DNA of 62,898 bases, filler included, from Parasitella parasitica NRRL 2501 (taxonomy: Eukaryota; Fungi; Mucoromycota): the NCBI GenBank assembly GCA_025201805.1. It is 4 parts of 4 records of this genome, joined end to end, with 100 filler letters (N's around TTAATTAATTAA, not from the genome) between each part and the next. Parts side by side here need not be neighbours in the genome. Positions count along the whole stretch, not along the records: positions 25,134 to 56,804 come from MU619265.1; 3 more parts are not named here. The stretch is one strand, 5' to 3'. Positions 43,365 through 54,359 of this stretch are shown piece after piece; the stretch's first letter is position 1; every line of letters begins with the position of its first letter. Made by a program: the position numbers and the translations under genes. The notes below the pieces were generated by a model. It searched no databases. It saw only the letters and a list, made by a program, of their open reading frames with translations, and was not told where the DNA came from.

Positions 43365-43931
43365 TTATCTTTTAATATTTAACTCAAGAATCGATAAATA
43401 CCACACCTCCATCAAGCTATCGACTGCATCTTGTCTTGTTGCCTGTGGACGTTCATCGAAAAACTGCACGAGATGCCTCTTATGCTCTTCTTTTAGTTGT
43501 GATGGGGCTCGATTTATTTTATTTGTCTGTTTCTCGTAAATGTCCCAGGCCGGGTCTTCTCTAAGTTTTTTGCCCATAACTGAGCAGTGCGAATATTTAT
43601 ACCTGCTTTTCGTGCAGAAGGAGCTGCTTTCAAAAGCTTGATTTTATGAAAGTAATAAAATACTGCTTTTTGCTTGTCCGAATAATTGTTGTAAGTCCCC
43701 TTTGCTACATCTTTCATGTGTACTTCTTCTACCAAATCCTCCATCTCTTGGTCGAAATTATTTGCAGTTTCCTCAAGCTGGAAAGCATGTTCGTTCACTG
43801 ACCGATACCTGCTCATATTGGTGAGTGACAATATTATATGGATCAATATAGTCTTGAAGATCCATCGCTTCGATTCCTTGCTCATTCGTGATGTTTCCAT
43901 GACCATCCTCAAAGAAAAAAGGGATATCCAT
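43365..43931 (-). pseudogene. Truncated, frameshifted N-terminus of a second Tc1 transposase family (left arm)
   Basis: MDIPFFFEDGHG...YSDKQKAVF...AGINIRTAQLW/KKLREDPAWDIY...QATRQDAVDSL aligns by eye with the N-terminus of the 12995-14320 transposase. Two frameshifts; no DDE domain. Confidence 0.85.
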
Positions 43932-44283
43932 AATGATTGTTTTCAGAGAAAAAAGATTATCGAAAAGGAAATACGTACTTTAAGATCGCAACAAGAGCAA
44001 TTTGAGCTAAACAAAAGCGTAATTTGGGCATGACAGAAACGAAAATGCGTCAGTTGACGAAGACGAGGACGAAACTGCGGTAACAAACTCCAAGAGCCGC
44101 GCTTCATTTTCTTTTTTAAAATATCTCTAACTCCAAAAGGCAGTTTTTTAAATTGTGTTGAATCAAAAGTCCCTCACTCTCACTCCAATTGTGACGAGAG
44201 TTATTAGTTAACTAAGTTCAGTTTGACTAGAGAGGTGCGCTGCATAGGCACGTCTAAAGTTGATTGCGGAATGCTGTGCAACG

Positions 44284-44836
44284 TTTATTACCTGGTCATT
44301 TTTTACGTGGTCATTTACGTGGTCATTTTTTATCTGGTCATATTTTACGTGGTCATTTACCTGGTCGTTTTTTATCTGGTCATTTTTNNNNNNNNNNNNN
44401 NNNNNNNNNNNNNNNNNNNNNNNNNNNNNNNNNNNNNNNNNNNNNNNNNNNNNNNNNNNNNNNNNNNNNNNNNNNNNNNNNNNNNNNNNNNNNNNNNNNN
44501 NNNNNNNNNNNNNNNNNNNNNNNNNNNNNNNNNNNNNNNNNNNNNNNNNNNNNNNNNNNNNNNNNNNNNNNNNNNNNNNNNNNNNNNNNNNNNNNNNNNN
44601 NNNNNNNNNNNNNNNNNNNNNNNNNNNNNNNNNNNNNNNNNNNNNNNNNNNNNNNNNNNNNNNNNNNNNNNNNNNNNNNNNNNNNNNNNNNNNNNNNNNN
44701 NNNNNNNNNNNNNNNNNNNNNNNNNNNNNNNNNNNNNNNNNNNNNNNNNNNNNNNNNNNNNNNNNNNNNNNNNNNNNNNNNNNNNNNNNNNNNNNNNNNN
44801 NNNNNNNNNNNNNNNNNNNNNNTTTTTACGTGGTCA
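44284..44836 (+). repeat. Tandem array of 12/15-bp units T(3-6)A(C/T)(G/C)TGGTCA, interior unresolved (N gap 44388-44822)
   Basis: Seven units before the gap and one after; ends about 85 bp upstream of the ATG at 44923. Confidence 0.85.
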
Positions 44837-44922
44837 TTATCGTTGCCCTTTCTTTTCACTTTTGCTTCTTTTCTCTTTTGCACTCTATTTCCTCTTCTAT
44901 TTCTATTTTTTTCCCCTTTGCT

Positions 44923-46216
44923 ATGTCGACCATTACAAGAGAACGAGCACTTTGTATGTTTTTTTACAAACCATACAATGAAGAAAATGTAATCAGTCTA
45001 GCCAAGATACTTGAGAAGGAAAACTTAGAAATATGCTACACAGACGAACCTAATGAACCCGTATTATTACATTCCTTATCAATAATCCACAATCCTTTTC
45101 GTTACCGAACTTATATCTGTAAAAGGACACTAGAACCAACAACAGCTAATGAAAAAACGTGCGCTTGTAAGCTTTTTTTTTAAAAAAAAAAAGAACTTTT
45201 TCTTATAGTTTTATTTGTTTAGTAAACTCTGCCCAAATCGTACTACTGCTAAACACAGTATATTTACCTTATGATCCTGAAAATAGCGACCTATATGAAA
45301 ACAAAATTGTGACTATGAAACAAATTTACTGCACAGCATTAAATTATTCTGATGACTTGGATACCAAAAACTTGAATTCCTTTATAAAATGGTGCTCATA
45401 TAAAAAGCTTGACTTTTTGCAAGTGGGAACAAAAAGAAAGATTGATGAAGTTGACGACAAAAAAACGACAAGGACAAGATCTCTATATGTGTTAAAAGAT
45501 GACTATCTTGGTAAGGACCCTTCAAAATACCTAAATAAGTGGCCACTAAGATATAGCTTTGTAGATGACGTTGCTTATAAGATTAACGACTATCTTCCAT
45601 CATACCAAAATTATATAAAGAAACTTAAGGAGGAGGACCATACAATTATAGGATATATTAGAAAGTCGCCTGGAAAAGAGCCTGATGATAGAAGACGCCA
45701 ACTTTTAGAAGCTATGAGCTTAAATCTCAAAGAAAGATCGTTGGTAGATGTGGTTTTTGCTTCTCCTTGTTCTCAAGCTTCTGATCCAATGGAAAGTAGA
45801 GATAAAAAACAACATGCATTATTGGATCAGATTGGTGTTGCGGGAAGCACTCAAGGTGAAGCCTATCATGTATTTACATATTTAATAAAATATTAATCCT
45901 TACTTCTTGTAGACTTAATGAAATTTATAGCTTCAAAAAACAAAGTTTGTTTGGTCACTTTGGATTATGCCGGCCTCAGCACAAACTGTTTAGACTTGAA
46001 GGAATTCTTAAGGTAAAATAAAAAACAATAAAAAAAGAAAAAGGTAGCTTCTAATAATATTCTAATAGTAAAAAGACTCAAATCAAAAAAATTATAGTTG
46101 ATCTCTTTCCTTATACAAACGAAATGACTGTGTATGATTGTAACCAGCTATTAGAAGATCCTGGACGTTTAAAGGTTTTCAATTGTAGAAAAGCTTTTTA
46201 CCGAAGATCCAAGTAG
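44923..46216 (+). CDS. Four-exon, 374-aa protein with a C-terminal serine-recombinase (resolvase/invertase)-like domain
   Basis: Exons 44923-45166, 45223-45855, 45913-46012 and 46069-46216. GT..AG introns of 56, 57 and 56 nt keep the frame open. Motifs IIGYIRKS (cf. resolvase GYxRVS) and VCLVTLDYAGLSTN. Confidence 0.72.
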
Positions 46217-46526
46217 TTTGCATGCAGTTAAATACTATAGTCAATAGTACTTCTATACAATGTGATAATATCCCATAGTTCTTGATTCCTCCTTCAGACT
46301 AATACCTACTTTAACTATTGTTTTCCACACTATTCTGTTTCATCCAGTCCTACCTCTCAATTATGTGTAAATTATAAACTAAAAAATAAACAGATTCATA
46401 AGTTAATACAGTTTTACAAAAAGACCCTGCTAGGAATATATGAATTTATTTCATTTTTCAAAAAGTAACCTCGCTTTAATGTTTTCCATTTTCTTTTCAG
46501 TGAGTACAGCTGCGAAATTCTCCGTA

Positions 46527-46775
46527 TTAAGAAACAAAATTGCTACTGTATAGATTGCTTGATTTGTTATTCAATTGGGCAGGATAAAGATGGTATTTCA
46601 AAGACTTAGACTTTATTGTAGCAAGCATACATAATACGGGTTCATTAGGTTCGTCTGTGTAGCATATTTCTAAGTTTTCCTTCTCAAGTATCTTGGCTAG
46701 ACTGATTACATTTTCTTCATTGTATGGTTTGTAAAAAAACATACAAAGTGCTCGTTCTCTTGTAATGGTCGACAT
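46527..46775 (-). CDS. 82-aa ORF sharing its first 48 codons with the recombinase-like gene, then diverging
   Basis: MSTITRERALCMFF...EPNEPVL then CMLATIKSKSLKYHLYPAQL...*. Expression unknown. Confidence 0.4.
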   Translation of the reverse strand: MSTITRERALCMFFYKPYNEENVISLAKILEKENLEICYTDEPNEPVLCMLATIKSKSLKYHLYPAQLNNKSSNLYSSNFVS

Positions 46776-46861
46776 AGCAAAGGGGAAAAAAATAGAAATA
46801 GAAGAGGAAATAGAGTGCAAAAGAGAAAAGAAGCAAAAGTGAAAAGAAAGGGCAACGATAA

Positions 46862-47324
46862 TGACCACGTAAAAANNNNNNNNNNNNNNNNNNNNNNNNN
46901 NNNNNNNNNNNNNNNNNNNNNNNNNNNNNNNNNNNNNNNNNNNNNNNNNNNNNNNNNNNNNNNNNNNNNNNNNNNNNNNNNNNNNNNNNNNNNNNNNNNN
47001 NNNNNNNNNNNNNNNNNNNNNNNNNNNNNNNNNNNNNNNNNNNNNNNNNNNNNNNNNNNNNNNNNNNNNNNNNNNNNNNNNNNNNNNNNNNNNNNNNNNN
47101 NNNNNNNNNNNNNNNNNNNNNNNNNNNNNNNNNNNNNNNNNNNNNNNNNNNNNNNNNNNNNNNNNNNNNNNNNNNNNNNNNNNNNNNNNNNNNNNNNNNN
47201 NNNNNNNNNNNNNNNNNNNNAAAAATGACCAGATAAAAAACGACCAGGTAAATGACCACGTAAAATATGACCAGATAAAAAATGACCACGTAAATGACCA
47301 CGTAAAAAATGACCAGGTAATAAA
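46862..47324 (-). repeat. Mirror copy of the 12/15-bp tandem array (N gap 46876-47220)
   Basis: Reverse complement of 44284-44836. Confidence 0.85.
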
Positions 47325-47676
47325 CGTTGCACAGCATTCCGCAATCAACTTTAGACGTGCCTATGCAGCGCACCTCTCTAGTCAAACTGAACTTAGTTAA
47401 CTAATAACTCTCGTCACAATTGGAGTGAGAGTGAGGGACTTTTGATTCAACACAATTTAAAAAACTGCCTTTTGGAGTTAGAGATATTTTAAAAAAGAAA
47501 ATGAAGCGCGGCTCTTGGAGTTTGTTACCGCAGTTTCGTCCTCGTCTTCGTCAACTGACGCATTTTCGTTTCTGTCATGCCCAAATTACGCTTTTGTTTA
47601 GCTCAAATTGCTCTTGTTGCGATCTTAAAGTACGTATTTCCTTTTCGATAATCTTTTTTCTCTGAAAACAATCATT

Positions 47677-48243
47677 ATGGATATCCCTTTTTTCTTTGAG
47701 GATGGTCATGGAAACATCACGAATGAGCAAGGAATCGAAGCGATGGATCTTCAAGACTATATTGATCCATATAATATTGTCACTCACCAATATGAGCAGG
47801 TATCGGTCAGTGAACGAACATGCTTTCCAGCTTGAGGAAACTGCAAATAATTTCGACCAAGAGATGGAGGATTTGGTAGAAGAAGTACACATGAAAGATG
47901 TAGCAAAGGGGACTTACAACAATTATTCGGACAAGCAAAAAGCAGTATTTTATTACTTTCATAAAATCAAGCTTTTGAAAGCAGCTCCTTCTGCACGAAA
48001 AGCAGGTATAAATATTCGCACTGCTCAGTTATGGGCAAAAAACTTAGAGAAGACCCGGCCTGGGACATTTACGAGAAACAGACAAATAAAATAAATCGAG
48101 CCCCATCACAACTAAAAGAAGAGCATAAGAGGCATCTCGTGCAGTTTTTCGATGAACGTCCACAGGCAACAAGACAAGATGCAGTCGATAGCTTGATGGA
48201 GGTGTGGTATTTATCGATTCTTGAGTTAAATATTAAAAGATAA
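47677..48243 (+). pseudogene. Truncated Tc1 transposase N-terminus (right-arm mirror copy)
   Basis: Same sequence as 43365-43931, including both frameshifts. Confidence 0.85.
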
Positions 48244-48955
48244 AAATTAACGAGATCAAACTTAAAAGATTTTATTAAGTAAAAATAGACTAAAGAACTT
48301 TTTGAATAAAATAAATCTTTCCTATTTATATGATTTCGAAATTAGGCTTGATAGTATGGAGTTTGTATTTGTGATTCCATATTGATTAATGTTCCCCTTT
48401 GGGATATTATTCATTGTTGCTGCATGTGCAAGTTAAAGTGAACAGTTGTGTTTTATAAAGTTAAATCCAGCCATTGAATCTGAGATTAAACTTTATCTAC
48501 AAGTATTGTTTCTTTATTGCAATCTTGGTGTTGGAATAATGTATCCTAAAACATATTCATACATTAAACCTATTACTTGACCATATGTCAAAGTAATATA
48601 TTTTTATGTGTAAATGTCATAAAGTGATGTTATTCTCTAATCATAACCTGTTCAAATCTTACAACAAGGTAGCTAATCTTGTGTAAGAATTATTCTTATC
48701 AAATAATCATCCTTTATGTATCATTTATTTATATTGGATTAAATAGTTACAATTAGCTTTATGCTTGTTATTGTCTACTATTTATCGGTTTTAACTTGTG
48801 CAACAACGTTTATAGAATTGGATTTCATACTAGACAATTCGTTATATGAAACTTTTATGTTTCTTTGTATTATTTTATACTAATATTTGAATTTATTCTT
48901 TTAATAGTGTACATTTATTATTTATATAAATGTAGACCACCCCCAAATACAACAT

Positions 48956-50272
48956 TTATAACCTTTCCATGTTGCGACATTTTGGAAATTGTCTTTGGGA
49001 ATGTCGAATCCAACCTCTACAGTTTTTTGCTGTAACTGTTTTTGCTGCTTCTTCAATTCTATCAGCAATCATTTCGTTCTTTCCAAGTGGAGTTTTGCGA
49101 ACTACTAACTTGATTTTTGCCCAGCATTCTTCAATAGGATTCAGCATTGGCGAATAGGGGAGTAAAAATAAAGCATAATGTCCACTATCCCTTATTGCTT
49201 TTAGGACTTCTGGTGTTTTGTGAATGGAGGCGTTGTCCATCACTATGTACATATCCTTTAATCCAATCTTGTTCAAAACAGAAATGATCTCTTCTACAAA
49301 CAACACAAAGTGTGACGAATTAGTTCCATGAGGCAAGGCTCTTTTTGTACCAAGAGGAGTTTTTTGTTTCTTTCTGCTTGATTTTGGAACTTGTTGCGAA
49401 AGAGCAATCAAGCCATAGGCTGACATACAACCCAGGATACTCAGATTAGTTCCTTCTGCTTCTACATCCACTTCTACAGGCTCACCTTTTTTAGACCACG
49501 CCACAGGACGTACCATGTTTTTCTTGAACCCACTTTCATCCACGAAAATGCATCTTTTTTTGTAAAAGTTTTCTTCATTCATTGCATCGATATCTTCAAT
49601 AAATTGTCTACGTTGTTCAAGCGTATCATCAGAATTTCTGTTTACAAACCTTGCTTGTGTACGAGTCAAAGTAAACTCAAGCTTTTCAGTAATGTGACGA
49701 TATACAGTGGACTCGTTAATTGTTAAGCCTTGAAAAGTCTCACAAAGGGATTCTGTAGCATCTTTCACAATACAAGTTGGATGCTTTTCAATAAATGCAT
49801 GTAAATATTGTGAATGTTCCTCTGTCAATTTCACGTTATTTCCTTTACGTTTAACTTCAGAGGCTGGTTTGTAACCAGGTAAGATTGTTCCACCATTTTT
49901 TTTCCATTGATCTTTGAACTTATAAGCAGCTTTTAATCCAATGCCAGCTTCCTTTGCAGCTTTAGAAACCTTTAAATTTTTGTTTTGCAACAGAGAAATA
50001 AATTGAGCAACATCTTTTGGTTTATACTTAGTTGGTGTCCAAATCATATTAGGTAGAGGCGTTGCCTCTAAACCAATTTCTTCCATAGCCACTGCTGTAT
50101 TAAAATGACTATCATCTTCATCCTCGGACGAAGACTCATTCTCTGGAATACCTTCCATCTGGTACAACGACTTAATAGCCGCTCCATCTTGTTTTGGCTG
50201 GTATTCAGGTTCTTCATCACAAACGAATTCGCCAGAGGGTAGATAATGGTAGAATCTGGTTGTGGTGTACAT
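48956..50272 (-). CDS. Tc1/mariner DD34E transposase, right-arm copy (438 aa)
   Basis: Protein identical to that of 41336-42652. Confidence 0.96.
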   Translation of the reverse strand: MYTTTRFYHYLPSGEFVCDEEPEYQPKQDGAAIKSLYQMEGIPENESSSEDEDDSHFNTAVAMEEIGLEATPLPNMIWTPTKYKPKDVAQFISLLQNKNLKVSKAAKEAGIGLKAAYKFKDQWKKNGGTILPGYKPASEVKRKGNNVKLTEEHSQYLHAFIEKHPTCIVKDATESLCETFQGLTINESTVYRHITEKLEFTLTRTQARFVNRNSDDTLEQRRQFIEDIDAMNEENFYKKRCIFVDESGFKKNMVRPVAWSKKGEPVEVDVEAEGTNLSILGCMSAYGLIALSQQVPKSSRKKQKTPLGTKRALPHGTNSSHFVLFVEEIISVLNKIGLKDMYIVMDNASIHKTPEVLKAIRDSGHYALFLLPYSPMLNPIEECWAKIKLVVRKTPLGKNEMIADRIEEAAKTVTAKNCRGWIRHSQRQFPKCRNMERL

Positions 50273-51687
50273 TGCAAGTAATAATAAATAGGTTAATTTT
50301 ATAAAAAGTATAAGAATGTGCAGAGTATTTATATCATTAAGAAAACACCACAGCCAGATTTGGAAAAGCTCTCAGGAAATGTATGCGATTCTAACTCTTG
50401 AGATATTTATTTCTGTATTAACCCACTGGTTTACAGTAATTCTACTGTTGGTTTTTTTTTCTAGTAATTTTTTTCTATTGATCTCAAGAAACTCTATTGT
50501 TAAAAAAAAAATATCTATTGCTTAATAAAAATTTCTACTGCTTAATAAAAATTTCTATTGCTTAAGAAAAATTTTCTCTATTTTTATTTCCCAAAAATTC
50601 TATTTTCAAACGCAATTCACTGTAAATGAATTATACGTTTGTTGTTGATGTGTACATCTATAGCACCGTTGTTTTTTCAGATGATTAAGTATGTACGATA
50701 AATGGCAGTATGCTACTAGTAAAACCATTAAACCAAAAACTGATTACTGCTATATGTGCCTAGCCAAATCATGGAAGGCAAGTATATCTGATACTGATCG
50801 CATGACATTTCCACATTTTGTTGCTTATGTTTTTGATACATGCGATACTAACGTTGATGAGGGCATGAGCTATACCACATATATATGAAAATTGGTACAT
50901 ACTAAATATGTATGCATTTGCAAAATAAAGCCCATGCATTACTGCCATCGCTTTTGAACGCGTGATATTTAAAATAATTAGAATGACTGCAACCCAATTC
51001 TGTAAAATGCTTTGTAGATGCACTTTCTAGCATTAAACCAAGATAAGGAACGCACATGTGTTTATGTATACTCGATGCACTTTAACACAGTGCTTTTCTT
51101 TGGTTTCTATTCCGGAATAAAACGATTTACAGCTTTTCGTTTTCTGGTGTTCATTGCTTTTCTTTAACAATATCTATCTTGCTGAAGAATAAAACATTAA
51201 CAGTATATTACTGTAATGGCATTGTAACAAGAGATATTGTATTTTCAAATGGGTTTATTACACTTCAGCATACTTTATTAATCTACTTGTTTAAACTTGA
51301 AGCCCTTCTTTTCTGCATCTTTGAAAGCTCTTTGTTTGTGGATCAGTAACACTTGGAAGCAAAATACCTTGCTATTATGTGTTATATCTTAGACTAATGC
51401 AGGTCCTTTTATCTCTATATAAACAGTCGCAAGGCTACAGTGCATGTCGATTGGTAGCGCTTTAATAGGTGCATCAAGTTTTGTTCCAACTATGTCGAAT
51501 AGGATATTATATTGCTGTTTGCTCTGGATAATAATTGAGCTTGACAGTCGAATTTGCCAAATTGTTTCGTTTTAAAATTCTGACAGCTTATCCACTTCTC
51601 CCCAAAACACCATGGGTTAGGTATCTGGGTACCAATACCTTGAAGAGAGAAAGGGAGAAAAAAAAACACGCTCTCTTTCAGTTAAAT

Positions 51688-53673
51688 ATGAGCGACAATG
51701 AAGAGAAAGAACAAATTGCTAAAGCAATAGCCTTATCACTCCAAGGATTAGAGGCACATCTAGACGAGGAGCATCAGGAACAACAGAATATAAAAATGGC
51801 TATTGCAGCCTCATTAGGGAAAACTGTTGACCAGCTAACAGCAAGAGACATGTTACTCGCTGACGCATCCGCACCTGTGTCTAATTTCAAGAGGCCCAGA
51901 GAGGAAGAATCCGCTCCATTTCCAGCGCATAGGATCATGAAGCGCTTTAATAACTCTGAAGCACGCTTCTGGGAAGGTACGGTCAAATTGACATACGTAA
52001 AAGGCTTCGTTGGACCTGATTACATTCGCTTTGAGGATATTGTCCAAAAGGTCAGTAGCTGACGTGTATTGTTAGCATAGTATTGAAGGGTTGTATAGAA
52101 AAGCCTAAAGAAAGCACTGGTTACAGCATTTGTTTGTAGCATGGATTATATTAACGATCACTTTCCTTTGGATGTCAATGTCTGCATAGTTACACATGGT
52201 AGACCTGTAAAATTATCTTGTCATGGCTGCCAATAACTCTATAATTAACGCTAGCAAATAGGCTACCAGGAAACAAGTTCATTCACATAGGGTCATAATC
52301 CAGCCGCCTTTACAACACAACAAATATGGTGTATTCCATCCCAAATTGATGCTTCTCTTCCACGCAACGTCCGTTCGAGTAGTTATTGGATCTGCTAATT
52401 TGGTATAACACGCTGATGGATTTACAAAAGCTATTTATTCATGGCTTCGTTTAGGAAAGATATGATTACGAGGATTTGGAAAACGTTGTGTTTATTCAAG
52501 ATTTTCCCAAAAGCGACACGCCGCATAATTCAGTCTCTTCACTGCCACTTTTTGCTAGAGATATTTGTAATCTGCTCGATCATATGCAAGTTCCGTCTTC
52601 CGTAAAAGACGAACTTTTAAATTACAACTTTGATTCTGCCAAAGTAAAATGATGAGGATACAGAATTTGAGTTAAATGAAATTTTAATGAATTTTCATTT
52701 TTTACTAGGCAAATATCATTGCTTCAATATCTGGCGTTTTTGAAGGAGAAAATGAGTACCAAAAATATGGACATGCCCGATTAGCTGAAGTTGTAAAGGA
52801 CATTGTTGGAGCTCCATGCACTCAAGGAAAGATGCCACATTTTGAAATGCAGGTAGTTGTCCTGCTGAATGCCTATAATGATGCAATATTTAGTAATGAT
52901 AATGTTGAAAATAGACATCATCTTTGGGATCATTATCGCTCTCGTATTTAAATGAACTATACAGATCATTTTGTGGAATTGCGGCATACAAAGATGGAAA
53001 AGCTACACCTATAGTAACTCAAAAGAATCAATTGCCACCTATAGATATTATCTATCCTTCGCTAGACACAGTTGAGTCTAGCAGATTGGGCCCGCCTGTA
53101 AGTTTCTTGTCTGTTATTGTTATTATTGTGGAATGCTAATTTAAGTGGGCTTTATAAGGGTGCTAGCACTATTTGCTTGAATACAAGCACATGGAGAAAA
53201 GATACGTTTCCTAGGCAAGTAATGTGTGATGCAATTAGTCAACGCCAGGGCACTCTTATGCACTCAAAGGTATGCTTTAAAATTTACAATTTACAAAAGT
53301 ATTAAGAGTTTGCTGGTTTAGTACATTGTTGCCACGTTTCCCAATGAAGCTAGTAAATCTAAAGTAACAGCAAACGCAGGCAAATTGAAGGGGTGGATGT
53401 ATTGTGGGTAAATATGCTAAATTGCAATCCAATCCATGCAGCATTATATGTAACTAAGACCAATATAACAGGAGCCATAACGCTACTATGTCTGCCTGGG
53501 GAAAGTTTACGGTAGCGCGAGATACAAAACGCCCCAAAATGAACATAAGCAACTGGGAATTGGGAGTAGTGTTACCAATATACGAAAATTCAGAATACCC
53601 TGCACCATACCTTCGCCCTGCACCCCGATATCAGCCATCTCAGCAAGCATGGACACAGGACATGGAATATTAA
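51688..53673 (+). CDS. TDP1: Tyrosyl-DNA phosphodiesterase 1
   Basis: YGVFHPKLMLL...RVVIGSANL, ENVVFIQDFP, IIASISG, SSLGSLS, LMHSK, GSHNATMSAWG and ISNWELGVV across multiple exons. Confidence 0.92.
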
Positions 53674-54359
53674 TGCTCGCTCAAACTGCATTTTTGGTCA
53701 TTGTCTCGGTTTTAACCAGCTGATAAAAATTATAAGGCTTTCGATCGAATACATATTTCTCGATCACTTTTCCAGAATAATCGAGTAAGGGATTCGTAAT
53801 GAACAATCCTACTAGCGAAAACAGAAGGTTGAATCAGAAGTATTCCTGGTAAACTGGGTATATGGCTGTATGATATCAACGAGCAATAAAAATAAAAAAA
53901 AATAAAAAACTGTATGTTACTTAATGATATTGTTTGGATACATATTCAGATTTGAAATTTTGTAAACTCTTCTGTATTAATCAATTTTGCCAGCGCACAT
54001 TTATTACTAACGTGTAGATAGTTTTGAGAAGAAGTTTATTCAATACTCAAGTCTGCGCATTATTCCCGATAGCTTGATGCTACAAAATTCTTAATATAAC
54101 GGCTATTATTAGTTAAGTATTCACATATTTTTCGATAAACGTATATTAGAGTATCAGATCAGTGTATTCGAATTTCTAATGCGACTGATTGTGTTTCGAA
54201 TATATTCTATACTCGCTTAAAGTTAATGCATGTAATTTACTGTTACCTATAAACTGCAAATCATCATGATTAATGTTAAAAATTGATTAACTTATATTTA
54301 TATAACATTGCACTCTTTTCTGCCTCTTTTTATACATTATATTGAATTGATTTTGCAAC

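Larger units (their letters stand above)
40986..50622. mobile_element. Giant palindromic Tc1/mariner-type element: ~4 kb inverted arms and a 1563-bp unique core
   Basis: TA|CAGTGAATTGCG... at 40984-40986 and ...CGCAATTCACTG|TA at 50622-50624. Arms 40986-45067 and 46631-50622 read as reverse complements, with identical ORF translations in both. Confidence 0.85.

Noticed and set aside
44284-44836. Array as a CRISPR or telomeric repeat
   Set aside because: There are no unique spacers and no cas genes. The units are heterogeneous, internal and mirrored, with no evidence of a chromosome end.
40986-50622. Composite transposon made of two complete Tc1 copies
   Set aside because: No inner copy of the terminal CAGTGAATTGCG sequence was found downstream of either transposase, and symmetry continues about 2.4 kb beyond them.
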